Positions 12,662 to 26,200 of a stretch of 61,815 nucleotides of DNA are shown here, in pieces. Both the position numbers and the translations under genes were made by a program. This DNA comes from Selaginella moellendorffii (lineage: Eukaryota; Plantae; Lycopodiophyta): assembly GCF_000143415.4 (NCBI RefSeq), contig NW_003314360.1:363572-425386 (forward strand). Direction: 5' to 3'. The notes beneath the pieces were generated by a model. That model was not told the origin of the DNA and searched no databases. It saw only the letters and a program-made list of their open reading frames with translations. Numbering within the stretch: the first letter of the stretch is position 1; every line of letters begins with the position of its first letter.

Positions 12662-13252
12662 TCAGTAGGATGGCCTAAAAATACCATATTCAGCACTTAT
12701 GGATGTAGGATTTACTAACGGAATATTGTTCCTCACCATGAAATGATAATGATTGTGTGTTCTTAACTCTTTCTTGATTTTCTTATACATCCATTTATGC
12801 ACACCTTCCACACCAATTCTTGGGCAGTTGTGACAGTGTTCTAGAAAAGTTTCTAGACCCATACAGCCTTCCGTTTTATCTAAATAAAAGTAGCAGATGG
12901 GACACTGGAGATAATATGTGTTCATTCTTTCAAAAGTTTCAACCATATCGGGAGCAAGATCTTGAAGAAACATCTGGCATCACTCTTGAAGCACATGAGG
13001 CAATCCATCTTTAGTAGCAACATCTAGAACATTATCTGGAAGAGGGATCTCTTGTTCAGTCACACTTGGGGCTACAAAAGAAAAAGCCTTACAACGATTG
13101 ATGTATGGAGGGAAGGGTGGAATGTTGGTAGAAGTTGGAGACGGAGGTGGAGACTCATATGAAATGCATGGGGGCCAAGTGCGAGTAGCAATAGCATTTT
13201 CCCTAGCCATTCCTACACTCTGAACAAATTGAAATTTCAATGTTGAAAGCAT
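12662..13252 (-). pseudogene. Small Cys/His-rich (CPIC...HCxxC) protein, tandem paralog A
   Basis: ORFs 12980-13252 and 12662-12973 are in one frame, separated by a single TGA; homologous to 13469-14035. Confidence 0.55.
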
Positions 13253-13468
13253 CCCTTGTTGGTATTTATACTAAGAAAAGATCTAGGGGTTCTTGAAAGT
13301 TTAAATTGTCAGTCTCAAAAATGGGACTTCAGAATTATAACAGTGTCAGAACCACTTGTATATATAATAATATCTTTATACATGCTAGAATAATATCATT
13401 CTCGAAAATATAAGATTTTCCACTTTACTCATAAAGAATTAACCTTTTGAAAAAACTATGCATGACTT

Positions 13469-14035
13469 TCACATTACATTAAAGGGTGGCCTAAATATCC
13501 CATATTCAACACTTACTGATGCAGTGTTCACCAATGAAATATTGTTCTCCACCATGAAATCATAATAGCTCTGTGTTTTTAATTCTTTCTTGATTTTCTT
13601 ATACATCCACGCGTGCACACCTTCTAAACCCGCTCTTGGGCATTTGCGACAATGCTCAATAAAATTTACCAAACCCATGCAACCATCTATCTTGTTTAAA
13701 TAAAAGTTGCATATAGGACACTAAAGATAATATGTATCTACATTAAACTCCCCTGCCATATCTGGAGCAAGATCTTGAAGAAAATATTGACATCACTCTT
13801 GAAGCATTGGAGGCAATCCAACTTTTTTAACAACATCATAAGGAACGAGTTTTTGTTTAGTTGCACTCGAGGTCACAAATGGAAGAGCCTCACAACAGAT
13901 CTCAAAATGAAAAGGAGGATTGTTGCGTAGAGGTGAAGGTGGATTATTGGTTGAGATTGGAGATGGAGGTGGAGACTCATATGAAAGGCCTTCAGGATCA
14001 AAAGTAAACTTCTTCCTAACCATTGCAACACACAA
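13469..14035 (-). pseudogene. Small Cys/His-rich protein, tandem paralog B
   Basis: Shares YESPPPSP, LQE*CQxFLQDLAPDM, CPIC, EHCxxCPR.G.EGVH.WMYKKIKKEL and EYGIFRP with paralog A; has an extra TAG before CPIC. Confidence 0.55.
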
Positions 14036-14464
14036 AAAGAATTAAACTTCCTAGCAATAAGAATTCTCTCATTAATATACTATATTTCAATCTCGGGAAT
14101 GATGTTTTATTATGACATAACACTATAGTGAATGATAATTGTCAGTCTTAGTAATTACAACCTACTATAAGAAACAAGTGGCTATAGAGTTTCAGAAGCT
14201 AAAAACTAGCATATAATTAATATGTAGCCTTATTTTATATAGTTGGCCTGCTATATATAATAATAGCGAATATACACAGGCACGCGAGTATGCCTTTTTG
14301 CAAGATTACCTTTCAATCCCAAAATCATATATAGATTTAATTCTTTGATTTGTCTACATCATATATCTTTGGAAAGACAAAACATATCAAAAGGAATAAG
14401 ATATATATAAAAAACTTACATTTTTTTATAATATTTTAGTGGATTACAAAAGCCATTGAAAGGT

Positions 14465-14710
14465 TTATAAAGTGGATTTATTAGTGCTTTCCGCTGTGCT
14501 ATCCATTTCTTCTTTTCTCTTGCTCTGGATTGTTGTTTCGGAAGTAACAAGAGCATTTTTATCAATAGTGATAGTGGTCTCCACATTCCCAGATGGGTAA
14601 TAAAGACCAGGCGTGTAATATGGAGATTGTGGTAGTGAAATAAAATTCACATTCTCACATTTATGTATGCTAGAACTACTTACAGATTTTTTGTCTTCCT
14701 TGCTTCCCAT
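14465..14710 (-). CDS. Small Ser/Thr-rich ORF ('ISLPxSPYYTPG'), unknown function
   Basis: Clear protein similarity to 45357-45629 (ISLPxSPYYTPG, NAxVTSETTIQSK, DSTAEST). Confidence 0.55.
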   Translation of the reverse strand: MGSKEDKKSVSSSSIHKCENVNFISLPQSPYYTPGLYYPSGNVETTITIDKNALVTSETTIQSKRKEEMDSTAESTNKSTL

Positions 14711-15218
14711 CTCTGTAAACCCTAAAGAATGAACGAGTGAATCAGTGTTTTGAATTATTTATATATTTCTGGTCAATTGTTGAAATGTTAAAATGTTGAA
14801 ATGTACAATAGAAATTTTCCGATTCATTCGAACTTCAATATTCCCATTTATTTGGGACCAATAAAGCCCAAAAATTTCTATGGGTTCAGACGAACTTCTA
14901 ATTCTAGAAATTGTATAAACTGCATTAGAAAGATTCAAAAAATAAAAATCTCTCTGAACCATTGATACTTAAACTCATAAATTTCAAGTTCATCAAAGAA
15001 TAACATTTTTCTGACTTAATATTTCCTTATAAAACTTATGGTTGACTATGTTGACTAGCATTGACTTGAGCTGAATTGAGCTCAACTCAACTTTGGACCA
15101 TCCCCTCTCGTCTTAGTCCTCATTCTTTTTCTCCATCTCCCATCCCTTGCTGCTCATCTCATCCTCCTCATCGTTCTCGTTCACATCCTCGTTCCATTCG
15201 TTTTTGAGAAGGGGGTGC

Positions 15219-15617
15219 TGTCAGGAATCCCCCAATTCTTGCCACATTCCTAACTCTCACCGGATTCCTGACCTGCAAACCACATTCCTGACTCTCGAGA
15301 CACTTCCCTATTCCTGACTCTCGAGACACTTCCCTATTCCTGACTCTCGAGACACTTCCCTATTCCCGACTCTCTGATTCCTGAGTCTCGAGCCACATTC
15401 TTGATGATGATGTGGCGTCTCCTCGACCTCAACTATATTTAGGCCGTCCTCAATCCAAGAGTGGTGGAGCTTCATCAACCTATAATATATATAAATTAGC
15501 CTTGTTCCATTTCTCCACAATCTGAATCAACGCCAATCTAAGGCCTTTTTTTTGTTTTCACTAGCTTTTCTCTTTGTCTTTTGCATTTTCCAGTCTTGAT
15601 TGTTGGGGGTCTTGACA
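15219..15617 (+). mobile_element. LTR (3' LTR of a truncated element) with an internal 26-bp tandem repeat
   Basis: TGTCAGGAATCCCCC...GGGGGTCTTGACA terminal inverted repeats; polypurine GAGAAGGGGG directly upstream; GAGACACTTCCCTATTCCTGACTCTC x3. Confidence 0.65.
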
Positions 15618-15619
15618 GC

Positions 15620-16645
15620 AGGCATATGGGACATTGTCGTGTGACCGAGAAGTTGCATAAGACTTTCTATTAGCTAGAGATTCAACGTGATGTTATCCAG
15701 GATCTATGTAGCTGTGTTTGGTGCCAAGCTCGTAATACTCCCCTTCATGCTGTAGAAGGACGGTTGGAGTCATTTGCAATTTCTCATTCGTTTGAGTTAG
15801 TGGTGTTTGATCTTATGGGACTTTTTCCACGATCGATTACTGGCAATGAGTATGTTATTTTTACTTTTAACTATTTGACTCACTAGGTGGAAGTTAGTGC
15901 TCTTACTAGTGCATTTGCAATTACTATTAAATATTTCCTCCTCAATCAAATGATGCTCCATCATTATTATCTAGAGTGGATTCTTTTGGATAATGGTCCC
16001 ACATTTATGGCTAAGACATTTCATGTTTTGATGTCTCAATTGGGGATATGCCACATTTTCACAAGTGCTTATCATCTACAATCAGACAATTTGGTAGAAT
16101 GGTTTGTTCGAACATTCAAAGGGATGATCGTGAAGTACGTGAACTTTCAGCATTTGGATTGGGATGGTTATTTGCCATCTCTTTGGTATGCATATGTCAT
16201 AAGGGTGTAGAGTTTGTTGGTGCTTCACTATATAAAGTTCTATATGATCATGATCCAATATTACTAATGGAGTTGGGTCTACCTTTGTGATTATTACAAG
16301 TTGCTGATGTTAGATCGTGGGATCAATATTTGACGAGCATTCTTCCACTTGTCCGAGAAGAGTCTGCTGAACACTTAGGTTGCATAAAAGTGGGACAACA
16401 ATAACACTACAACTCCCATCATTGTCCACCTACAAAGTATAAAGTGGATGACTTAGTGTTAGTCTGTTTTCCTCATCTTACGATATATGGTTTATCTAAG
16501 AGGCTTCTCACTCAGTGGAAAGGACTACATCAGGTGTTGTAGCAAGTTGGACCACAAGTTTATGAGGTTTAGCATGATGTCTAGTAGGTTGATCCTCCAA
16601 AAATTGTGCATGTGCAATGGTTGAAATGCTTCGTACAAAGGGATT
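15620..16645 (+). pseudogene. Degenerate Ty3/gypsy integrase
   Basis: FDLMGLFPRS, ILLDNGPTF and TSAYHLQSDNLVEWFVRTFK (rve motifs), with many stops. Confidence 0.8.
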
Positions 16646-19600
16646 AGGAATAATTAATACCACCTATAGATCCGCCGATGCCTCCTCTTGACGTTCCTCC
16701 AAATCTCAGCCCATCTACGAAAAAACCTTCCATTATTCCGAGAGGAGGGGATGATATGAGGTCCAAGTGTATGGCTACAATACCATATATTAATATTAGC
16801 GTAGTGGGATTTTGGTAGCCATTGAATTAGTTTCAATTCAAACCACTCGCTCTTGTCTATAAACTAGGGTTTTTGGGCTAATTTATATACATATTTTCTT
16901 TATTCCCTTTATTCACACACACACATATGTGTGTGTGTATTAGTGTAGTAGGATTTTGATAGCTATTAGATTTGTTTCAATTTGGACCATTCATTCCTAT
17001 ATATAAGCTAAGGTTTATGGGCCTAATTAATATGTATATTCCTTTATTTCATTTCTATATTCACATTGGTAGAGATGAGGGGCAACTTTGAGGAGTGGTT
17101 GAATTTGTGCTTTTGGTTTAGATTTAGTTTTTATAATATTTAGATTTCTTTTTTTTTATAACTTTTTAATTTTGTTCTATTATGGCTAGAATTTTATCAA
17201 GATCTTGTGGGATTGTGTATACACTGGTTTTAACCACCCTTGATAATGCTTTTCAATTGGCACAATGTTATGAAATATTATTTCTTCCACTTCTTGCTAC
17301 ACATCCTTTAGGTCCACTTCTTGTGAGAGATGGTCATGTTTTGATAGAAGTTGATATTGTTGTTGCTTGTGTTTAAGGACAAGGGCAAGGTCATAGCCTT
17401 GATGTTTATTATTGGGTATGTGATAAAGTTATCCATATGTATAAACATTTTCTGAATTGGCATTCTTTATTTCTTAGGTGGAGGCTTTAGCATCAATAAT
17501 GTCCTATTGGTGTTACTTTAGTGGAAAGTCTTGACATAAAAATTCTTTTAGGAAACAAAGAGTTGCACTAATAATGAAGGGTTCTTGTGTAAATAAGTCA
17601 ATGACCCCTCCATCCTTCTTTCAATTGATATAAATTTAAATTTATCTTTTATCACTCGGCTTGTTAGCATATGTTGCTATCTATAGTTGTATCATGTGGT
17701 AAAGCCAGTCTTTATTCTTTATGGCCATATACATGCATATGCACGGGATGAGGTAGATCTAACTATGAGTGTAGGAGATTTCAAGTTTAAACTTCAATCA
17801 TTATAGATGGTGCTAAGTCAAGCTTTTAACCTCATTTTTTGTATGGATTGGTTATAGTGCAATCATGGTAAATGTGACTTTGAGGCTTCTCCCCCTTGTT
17901 TCATAATTTTTTATATTTATTTCATTCCTCTCACTTTTTTTCCCCTTCGTCCTTTTGCTTCTACCTTTGCTTCCATCACTTTTGTGTTCTCATCACTTTC
18001 TATTGTATTTTCATCTTGCTCCTCTATTCCCTCTCTAGATCCCTCTGACAGTGTTTATGTTGCAAGGGTGGATTGACTCAAGAAGGAGTATGCTAATCTC
18101 TTTGATTTTGACCTGTCGTTTGGGGCTAGAATTGCAACATGCCATCCTATTCTAATTAGAGATGCTCATCTAAAGGTTTCTATTCAACATTGGTCACCAA
18201 AGAAAATCAAAATTTTACATGTGAACATCAATGGGATCTTAGAGAAAGGATTTTATCAAAATGTTTTAAAGTCCTTAGGCATGTAAATTTCATCTTATGA
18301 CGATAAAATATATATATCCATTTCCTAATATCCTATAGAGACTAATACAAACACTGGGTGTGCCACTTTAAAATTGAGCTATCTAGTGAAACTCTCCCTC
18401 ATCTAAAGCAACATTAAATATAAAGTAGAAGCATTTGTGGTTGTGACTATCATACCAAATCCAGATCCACAATCCCCCCCCTCCCCTTTATGCAGACCCT
18501 AGGATCAACTTTGGGTGGTGCCATCTCCATCAAACCTCCTTTTGGTCGCATCGTTGAAACATAGTAGCCATGCTTTTTGCCACTCCTCTAGCCTCTTTAG
18601 CTTCCTTTTGTCTTGAAGGATAGTATGATGTAGCTTTATTGTTGCTAGCACAAGTCTCCACCACTCCACCATCACCACTGATACTCTGACCTAGATCCTA
18701 TCAAAGTGAGCCCGATTGCATGCTTCCCATAAGGCCTAGACCCTCATCATGCACCATACCACCCATCTAGCATGGCCAAGAGCCTTCTATATAAGAACTC
18801 CCATCTTTGCATTGATCACATCCTAATGGACCTAGATCCCTTAACTTGTTAGATCAATTGTGGGAAGTTGGTTTAAAGCTAAAGTAGTTGTTTAGGTTCA
18901 AGGATACGACTTATCTTGAGTACCATATTTTTCGTGAAGGTTTGCAAGTTAATTTTGGCAAATTTTAAAGTTCCTTAATCCAAAGTGTATGAATGATGTG
19001 TAATGCTTTTTAGCTAAGGTGTAATATCTTAGTTATTTTGTTGATTATCTTTTTAATTATATTACACTATTGCGACTATTGTTAAAGTTATCAACATCCT
19101 CTTTTATCTAGTCTATAGACTGTGAGTGAGCATTTATGGATCTCAAAGAGTTATTAACAACTCCTTCAATTTTAGTATATCTTAATTACACTTGACCTTT
19201 AATTTTGCACATGCATGCTTTTAATATCAATTTTAGAGGTATGTTGATGCAAGAGAGTTTGAGTGTGCATGAGTATGTTTGGCTAGTGCCATCCTATTGT
19301 ATATATCAATTGTACATTACAACTAGCAGAGATGAATTATTCCCCAACAGAGAAAGAGTGTTTAACAATATTTTAGGGTTTCGAGAAGCTTTATGCATAT
19401 TTGTATGGTTCTCAAATATTACTAAAAGGCGATCATGTTATAGTTACTTCATTATTAAAGTAGAAGAATTTGGTTGGTTATATTGCTTAATAAACCCTAA
19501 AGCTTCAATGTCACGAATGTGACTTCGGGTATCAAAAGTTACTTGTCAACTAGTCCTTACGGACATTTTTACCTTACTGCCACGGCGGCAAAAGGTTGGT

Positions 19601-20118
19601 ATTGCTGGACCCTTCATTAGTCCCTCTTGTGCTAGTGGAGTTAACTGGGCATTTCAAGTGTACTTAGACTGGACGAGCATAAGGACGGAATTCCTACGTG
19701 TTATTAGCTAAACATACTTAGCCTAGTAAGGAGTTCCCGTCTTGTTATGTCTTGCACTGGCTAATAACAAGAACCCTCATGTATTGAGATTAATCCCTCA
19801 ATATCGCTGGATGATAGCTTACCGTGTCTGCTAAACACCCTCGCTATCATGTCCTTTGTGTTAGTCTCATTTCGATCCTAAATGCTAATTATGGAAAGTG
19901 TCTAGATTTGCTCATTTGGCATATCTACGGAATGTAGAGATTGTCCTAAACAATGGTGTTTGTCTCGTATCCAAATTCACAATCTAGTGCCATTCCATAT
20001 TTAGTAAGTTTCAAGCTTATCCTAGAGACTAACTCCTGATACTAAGGGAGGCTTGGGGTGAAAGCCCAAAGCATGTGTTCCTCAAGAGGGGGGGGGGGCG
20101 ACTATGGGGGGTTCCAAA

Positions 20119-20669
20119 TGTATAGTAGGGATAGTGGGTAGGTTGGGCATGATTGACCAACCTGAGGTATAGTCTAACTCCCGCTTGTATGTTTGTCCTT
20201 GTTTTGCATCCAGCTTGAGTCTAAGCCCAAGTTCCATTCCATGTTAGCTGGTGGAGTACCCATGTCCTTACATTAGGCCACCAGTATGCCGAAATAGCAC
20301 CAGATTCCATTTGGCTTCGTTTTGCATGCTAGTCCTAGCATTGGGATGTTGGTTGCTCTAGGATTGTACCAAGTCGCTCCGGGCTCCTGTCCTTTCGCTC
20401 CTTGGGCTATATGCTTGGGAGTTGCTCTGTGGTTCGGTTCCGTTGCTCCTACGTTCCATGCTTGGGAGTTTGGCACCATTCCTTCGTTCAGTGACCTAAG
20501 GCCCTGAACCTTGGGTTCCGTACCACTATCATTTAGACACATGGCATATGACACATGGCATGTGTCACATGGCATAAAGAGGGTTTAGGTTCCACTTTGT
20601 GGTGTTATCCTATAGTAAATTACCATAGGATAAAGGGTCAAAACCATGTGCACTACATTTGGTATCAAA
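20119..20669 (+). mobile_element. LTR flanked by a PPT-like G run and a tRNA-Met PBS; same family as 40087-40545 (inverted)
   Basis: Ends ...CACTACA followed by TTTGGTATCAAAG; GAGGGGGGGGG upstream; long reverse-complement similarity to 40087-40545. Left boundary approximate. Confidence 0.55.
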
Positions 20670-21477
20670 GGATGAGTCACATCATCATATATCACATATC
20701 ACATATCATATAACTTGATGGTACATGAAATCATCTCTCCCCCCACCCCCAACCCCTTGGTCCATATACTTTTTATTAAGTGGAACAATCTAATAAATTT
20801 TTGCCACTTATATGACAATCATTACTTATAAAAGACAAAAGGAGTTTATTTAAGTTGGCAAAATCTAAATTAATGAAATGGCATTTTTAATAGGGAGTAC
20901 TAAAGGGAACTTTAAATCTTAATTAAGGAGATTATTATAGAAGTTAAAATACTTATTTCTTTTACATAATTTCTTAAAGAATAACAATTTTATTAAAGAA
21001 AAATAAGTCCCAAAAAGATTTTTCCACAATAGAAACAATTCTAAAGATTATGTTACATACATTTTCTCTATCTATGCAAATTGCATTAACACTTGTCATT
21101 GACAAGAAAATGATTAACAAAGTTAGCCACCCTTACTGCTCTAAGAATCATTTAGGTTACAAAAGATTATATACCCCTACTTATGTATGAGAACTTAAAT
21201 TAACAAACCAAACTTGCTAGTAAGGTTTAAAATAAACTATTATAAATAATCAATTAAAATTTATCATAAATGTGACTATGGATATCTATCTATAAATCCT
21301 TTTAAATATTCTTCTATTATTGCCATAATCACTGTTGGTCCCAACCACATTCAGCCAAGATCCCAACCACTGCCAAACATGGTCAAACAGCTTCGTTCGG
21401 TGATTCCATTCAGTGATTCCAATGACAATTGTGCTTGTGGGGGCTAGAATTCCGATGCTATTGCAGCAATCACGGTC

Positions 21478-21745
21478 ATCACTGCATCTCCACCACTTTG
21501 CTGGTTCTCCTGCTGCTATGGAGTGATCCATCCACAAATCCTAGCAAGCCTACACCAAATCTGACCAAGAGGGCTATAGGAGTTGTGTCAATAACTCCAC
21601 TTCCTGCCAAGCCTACTTAGCATACCAAGCTTTTCAGAACAACACTCTCCAATCAGTTGGCCTTCACTTTTGATTGAGCATGGAGCAATTCATTGAGGCC
21701 TTGCAAATCATCCAGTCAACAACACTCGTCCCTCATCCCCTTGAA
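21478..21745 (+). pseudogene. Fragment resembling a LysM receptor-like kinase (LYK4/5-type) ectodomain start
   Basis: Hydrophobic signal-like TTLLVLLLLW, then (another frame, with stops) QAY...EGYRSCVNNSTSCQAYLAY...TLQSVGLHF...LIPLN, which follows the GYxC...SCQAYL...IPL pattern of LysM-RLKs. Confidence 0.45.
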
Positions 21746-24700
21746 CAGTAATTTGTGCCCTAAAATGGAAATTATGATTCCAATGATTCCAGCAATTTGA
21801 TTCTAGTGATTCTAGCACAGTTGAGCAATGGCACTTGATTGGGCATGGCCCCATGTTGCCAAACTCACTCCTTATGTTTCTAGCAAAGGAGCTAGATGTT
21901 GAAAATGTAATTATTGTGAAAAAATGTATAGTGATCCATTGAAACAAATTAAAGTGCATCTTGTTAAAATTTCTAAGCATGACATTGAAGCATGTAGTGC
22001 TTCAAACATTCCTGTTTAAAACTAAGTTCACCAAACGTTTATGGAGCAAAAACCCGCAAATACCCTTTTATTTTTACCTTTTACAGCAAATCTATAGAGT
22101 TGGCATTTTGATGGGGCATCTACTTCTAGAGCTGGTACACAGAGTGCTAGTCAATCCTAGCCTATAAGTGCTTCTGTAGGCCATGAGAGAACATTTGCTG
22201 ATCGAAAGCAAATGTGAGATGGCAACATTAAGGAAATGCTTGATGATGCAAGAAACATGAATTTAGATAATGTGATATCAAAGTTCATTTTCTTGAATTA
22301 TATACTATTCAATGTTATGAAAGCCTGTATTTTTATGCAATGATCACAACTACTTGTAGTGCTAGACCTAGTACTGCATCAAGGATTCTTGGTTACAAGA
22401 AGTTTTGTACTCAACTTACTCGTCACTATACTTTAATCAAGGAGAAGTTAGCTCCCTTTCATGATGGAAGGGCTCAATTTAGATGTACAATAGTGACTAA
22501 TGGATGGTTTGATATTCTAAATTTTATAAGTTATGGAATGAGTTATGGCAGGAGAGCAGAGCGAAAGGCTTCTCACAAGCTGCTCCGTGATCCTAGATTT
22601 CCACAAGTGATGGCTGATAGAGCACCTCACCAAGTGTGTATCTTTCACTTCCAACAGAAATGACCTGTCTCCACAAACACGAGCTATGAAAACATACACA
22701 GCAGCAAAAGCTTACGCAACCGTTAGGTAGCGTGTGTTCTATGACAGATCCCTCAGCCACCTTCTTCTCGTAATCCACTGCAAGAAAAAGATTGGGAGGA
22801 AATGTTGATTTATATAAACAATATATTTATTGTTAATAGTACAAGACTATACAATGGTCAGAGTTGTAATCTTAACATGGTTTATGATTACACATAACAA
22901 TTATTGTCAGTATGCGAGGATAATTGTCATAATCCAGGATGAAATTATATGGCGAAATTTTCAATGTGAAGACTTGGTGAGCTTAGTTGCATGGGGGCTT
23001 AGTGTGGCAGCTGGGTTCTGAGGTGACCGATGCGGAGCATGTATGTGCCTGCATGCCCTTCGGGTGCACACTGTCCCTAGATGTTCAAATGACGTTCTCA
23101 AGAGGAACAATGCTCCTTCCAACTGCAGATATGATAGCCTAGCAAGTGATTCACACTTTTGTCATACATTGTTATGGGAACATAACCTCAGAGAACATAT
23201 AATAAGTATACTAGCTATTTATTTGTATACATGGACCTTCATTATACTTCATAGTTACCTCTATTTAGTATTTTGGAAAGGATGTTAATACCAAAGGAGA
23301 AGAGAAGATTGATTTTTGGCTTTGAGAACAATTTAGACCAATCATTTTGGATGTTGGTGTTGAAAATATTATTTAAATCATTATTATCAGTTTTTATTGA
23401 ACTATTATTATCACTGAATGCAGTCACTATTATTATCACTATCTGTAGTGATATCACTAGTGATCAGTACTAATGTAGTGATGATACATTTGTAGTGATA
23501 GTGATTATAGTAATGTATGATCACATAATAATTATTAATAATGACTTGAATAACATTTCAACACCAACATCCAAAATGATTGGTCTAAGTTGTTCCCAAA
23601 GCCAAAGAACAATCTTCTCTTCTCCTCGATGCAGCACTTTTATTGTCATTGAATATGTTGGTGTTGAAAATGTTATTCAAGTCATTACTTTCGAAATAAA
23701 GCAAGTAATATCAACTTCTTAGTTATTAGCTTCATGATCTTCTCATAGTCATTTATGATCTTAGACACCCAATTAAACCTCCCAATATCCTCAAATAACA
23801 AGTCCAAAACATGGCACACGCACTGATTGTGTAAGATAAAGGGGAATTCTTTTCTCATATGTTCCCTGATACACAATATTTAAGTCCCATAATGATTATT
23901 AATTATTATAATGATTCAAGTCATTATTAATAATGACTTGAATAACATTATAATTATTAATAATGATTATTATCATTATCTATAGTGATATCACTAGTGA
24001 TCATCCATCAATAATGACTGATGGATGGTGTAATATAAAGAGTAAATCATTCATAAACTTCATAGTTACCTCTATTTAGTATTTTGGAAAGGATGTTGAC
24101 ACCAAAGGAAAAGAGAAGACTGATCTTTGGGTTTGGGAACAACTTAAACCAATCATTTTGGATGTTGGTGTTGAAAATGTTATTTAAGTCATTATTAATA
24201 ATTATTATGTGATCATACATTACTATAATCACTATCACTAATAGTAATTATCAAGTACACGTACTTTGTGCTCGTCGGAGCACACTACCTGGCTAGGGGG
24301 CTCCAGGCCGCATAATTGTGTATCAATGGGGGAACATATGAGAAAAGAATTCCCTTTTATCTTACACAATTAATGTGTGTGCCATGTTTTGGACTTGTTA
24401 TGAGGATATTAGGAGGTTTGATTGAGTGTCTAAGATCATAAATGACTATGAGAAGATTATGAAGTTGATAACTAAGAAGTCGATATTACTTGCTTTATTT
24501 AAAAAGTTTTGCTCTAGAGAACTTATGAAGCCTACAAAAACTTGATTCACTTACATTTATCTTATGGTCAACCATAAGATTCATAGTGAGTGTAGAATTT
24601 GAATTGTTGAAATGGTATAACACAAAAGATGCCAAAGATGTTCATACAAAAATTCTTAATGATGAATTTTGGAAGAATGCTTCTACTTTATTGGCTATGA

Positions 24701-24816
24701 TATTTCCTATTTTGAAGGTGTTACATCTTGTTGATCGTGAAGGTGCAACAACAGGATTAATCTATAAAGTAATGTATTATATAATTTAAGGATTTGAGCT
24801 TGCAGCTCAAGATGGG

Positions 24817-26167
24817 TGTAAACGACTAAATTTTCCATTCTACTTTAGTCACTTAACCACACCTCTGACCACTTGGAGGAGTCTCATTCACAACCTCCAT
24901 AAGTCCAATCCAGGACTTGGGACTTGCTAGCCCCGAGAATGGCATCCATGCCACTCAACATTTGCACTTGGTCCAAGTGCTCCACATGTCCGATCCCATG
25001 ACTGACACTCAAAGGTACCACCGACATAGTAGCCCGTTGTAAGCGACTAATTTTTCCATTCTACTTTAGTCACTTAACCACACCTCCGACCACTTGGAGG
25101 AGTCTCATTCACAACCTCCATAAGCCCAACTCAGGACTTGGGGCTTGCTAGCCCCGAGAATGGCATCCATGCCACTCAACCTTAGCACTTGGTCCAAGTG
25201 CTCCACGTGTCCATCCCATGATCGACACCCCAAGGTACCACCGATATATCGGCCCGTTACGCTAAGGCCATGCCCATTTACCTCGGTCACACTGGTGGTC
25301 CAACACCACCTACATTCCAATCCCGTCTCTCAAAGACTGGGTCATCCATCCATGAGTGATCATCCCAGATCCACTCCTTAACATCCTTAGGATGCCTATA
25401 GACATGGGGAATAGCCTTCCCCAATATCTCTATTCTGGTCCCCACCAAGTCCCTTTCTGTCCTTGGCTGTGTTCGCCAACACTGCCACTGGATCGAGGCC
25501 CACCGGCCCGACCACTAAGTCCCACTATCCTCTAGGACTTCCTCACTGTGTGACTGTGTCCTTGGTCACTACCCCAGAGGACTGCTCCTCTTCCTTTCCA
25601 CAGTCTGGGCCTTTAGGACAACATTTCGGAACATCGTGGCCTTACGCGAGCCACCTGGGTACTCTCCTCGCCTTCTGCCCTTGGGTGCTCTAGCCATGGG
25701 CTTAGAGCGGGTTCCGTTGAGCCACACCAGGTATCCAAGTAGGTAGTGCCACCCACACTTGGACTGGGAGCATCGGCCAGTCGATCTCCCGGGGGAACTA
25801 GAGCCGGCTCTTGAACACTTCACCAAGCTACCCCGCTTGTCGGTCCGTGTTCACTCTAGTCTTGGACTTCCCAGTGGGCAGCTCATCACCCAACACTGGG
25901 TCCGGCCTTCTTGGGCCAAACTGGCCTTTCCTGGCCAAACTGGCTCCACTGCAGTCCTCCCCCTTCTATACTTTTGGAGCTCACCAAACCCCCCAGGGTC
26001 TGGGAGACGAACGCTTTGGGCTTTCACCCTCTCAGGCTCTGGACTCGGACTCGGACTCAGACTCGGACTCGGACTCGGACTCGGACTCGGACTCGGATTC
26101 GGACTCGGACTCGGGCTCGGGCTCGGTCTCGGCCTCGGCCTTGGTCTCGATCTCGGTCCCGATCTCC

Positions 26168-26200
<33 letters not shown>

